Positions 45,050 through 45,816 of a stretch of DNA of 45,816 nucleotides are shown here, in pieces; within the stretch, counting starts at the first letter, position 1, and every line of letters starts with the position of its first letter. A program made the translations under genes and the position numbers. Under the pieces are notes generated by a model. That model did not search any database, was not told the origin of the DNA, and was given only the letters and a program-made list of their open reading frames with translations. The stretch comes from Armatimonadota bacterium (lineage in GTDB: Bacteria > Armatimonadota > Zipacnadia > Zipacnadales > UBA5352): assembly GCA_049975765.1 (NCBI GenBank), contig JBNGDZ010000003.1:6269-52084 (forward strand). The letters are read 5' to 3'.

Positions 45050-45625
45050 TCAGTCCTCCTCGGTCAGCGTCTGGCGCAGCTTGAGGTAGGCGTGGTGCAT
45101 GCGCGACTTGACCGTGCCAACCGGGATCCCGAGCAGCTCCGCGATCTGCGCGTGCGCCAGCCCCTCGAAGTGTGACAGCACGAATACCGTGCGCTGCCCC
45201 TCGGGCAGGCCGTCGATGGCCCGGCGGATGCGGAAGCGCTCGTACCCGCGCAACAGCTCCTGCTCGGGGACATCATCACGCGCGATCAGCTCACGCAGCA
45301 GCGCTCTCGCCTCCTGTCCGACCTGGCCCTGGAGCGAGATGACCGGAGGGCGACGGCTCCCGCGGTCTCTGTGATTGCGCCACCAGTTGCGGGCGCAGGC
45401 GAACAGGAAGGTGGTGAAGGCCGCAGTCGGCTCGTAGCGGTCGCGCGCCAGCCAGACGCGGACCAGGACCTCCTGGGCACCGTCCTCGGCAGCCTCGCGG
45501 TCCCACGTCATATGGTAGAGGAAGCGCTCCACCCACTGGTGGTGGCGGCGGGCCAGCTCGCAGAAGGCCTCCGCGTCGCCATCGCGCGCCAGCAGCATCA
45601 GCTCTTCATCGCTGAGCTCGCCCAT
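45050..45625 (-). CDS. ECF-type RNA polymerase sigma-70 factor
   Basis: Region 2: AFCELARRHHQWVERFLYHMTWDREAAEDGAQEVLVRVW. Region 4 HTH: LPEGQRTVFVLSHFEGLAHAQIAELLGIPVGTVKSRMHHA. ATG 45625 has GAGGA 7 nt upstream. The track start ATG 45643 has no SD sequence. Confidence 0.9.
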   Translation of the reverse strand: MGELSDEELMLLARDGDAEAFCELARRHHQWVERFLYHMTWDREAAEDGAQEVLVRVWLARDRYEPTAAFTTFLFACARNWWRNHRDRGSRRPPVISLQGQVGQEARALLRELIARDDVPEQELLRGYERFRIRRAIDGLPEGQRTVFVLSHFEGLAHAQIAELLGIPVGTVKSRMHHAYLKLRQTLTEED

Positions 45626-45816
45626 GAGGGATCCTCGGTGCATGAAACAGGCACGGCAGCAGACGGTTCACAGTGGATCGACGAATCGCGGGCCGCTGCA
45701 GAGCGAAGCGAGCGGCGGGCGCGCGCGCCGGCCTCCCAGAGTGGCCGGTCAGGGGCGTCCGCCAGCCCCTCGGGTGTTCGCCAAGGGCGACGGCGCGTGC
45801 GTCCCCAACGGTCGCG

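Noticed and set aside
45644-45680. Possible ECF-type autoregulated promoter: TGAACC (minus strand, 45670..45665) upstream of the sigma gene.
   Set aside because: It is only a -35-like GAAC element. No convincing CGTC/GTC-type -10 lies at 16-17 nt spacing. A single pentamer match is expected by chance.
1-45816. Searched by eye for CRISPR-like short direct repeats, tRNA/rRNA-like segments, and phage or defence-system genes.
   Set aside because: I found no regularly spaced short repeats and no intergenic region with tRNA-like arms. All intergenic gaps are 470 bp or shorter and GC-rich, except 31900-31958. No nuclease, methylase or phage signatures appear in any convincing ORF.

Overview
High-GC (roughly two-thirds G+C) bacterial chromosomal window, densely coding. 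I saw no rRNA, tRNA, CRISPR array, transposase or integrase. Gene content (sulfatase, LamG fusions, DUF4838- and DUF4091-type hydrolases, porin) suggests a diderm glycan degrader of the PVC or Armatimonadota type; this taxonomic guess is low confidence.

Layout:
- 1-6.9 kb: exopolysaccharide synthesis cluster with a priming sugar transferase, two GT4 glycosyltransferases, a deacetylase and a sulfotransferase.
- 7.0-17.2 kb, minus strand: operon with an M24 peptidase, a CE4 deacetylase, a sensory-rhodopsin-transducer (ASRT) homolog, a glycoside-hydrolase (GH)-like protein, a sulfatase-LamG fusion and a large secreted GH.
- 17.5-25.7 kb, plus strand: operon with an Fe-alcohol dehydrogenase, a split transketolase, an RpiB-family isomerase, a TauE/SafE exporter, DUF4838 and a beta-propeller GH. 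The first five genes resemble the sulfoquinovose transketolase (sulfo-TK) pathway.
- 25.8-31.7 kb, minus strand: a LamG domain split by a propeller, a serine hydrolase, a formamidase and a propeller protein.
- 31.9-39.8 kb: an AT-rich promoter island, then an HTH-thioredoxin fusion regulator, a NitT/TauT-type ABC transporter, an OprO/P-like porin and a URO-D-family gene.
- 40.0-45.6 kb: DUF4091 (GH123-like), a TPR protein, and an ECF sigma factor tightly coupled to a ZAS anti-sigma domain fused to a GspE/PilB-type ATPase.

Top findings:
- The ECF sigma / ZAS-GspE fusion pair is the most novel item.
- An apparently perfect 2,423-bp tandem duplication (33961-38806) doubles the binding-protein and porin genes.
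- The sulfo-TK-like cassette.
- The redox-type HTH-thioredoxin regulator.

Many long antisense ORFs in the supplied track are high-GC artefacts. Several track ORFs were trimmed to internal starts that have Shine-Dalgarno (SD) sequences.
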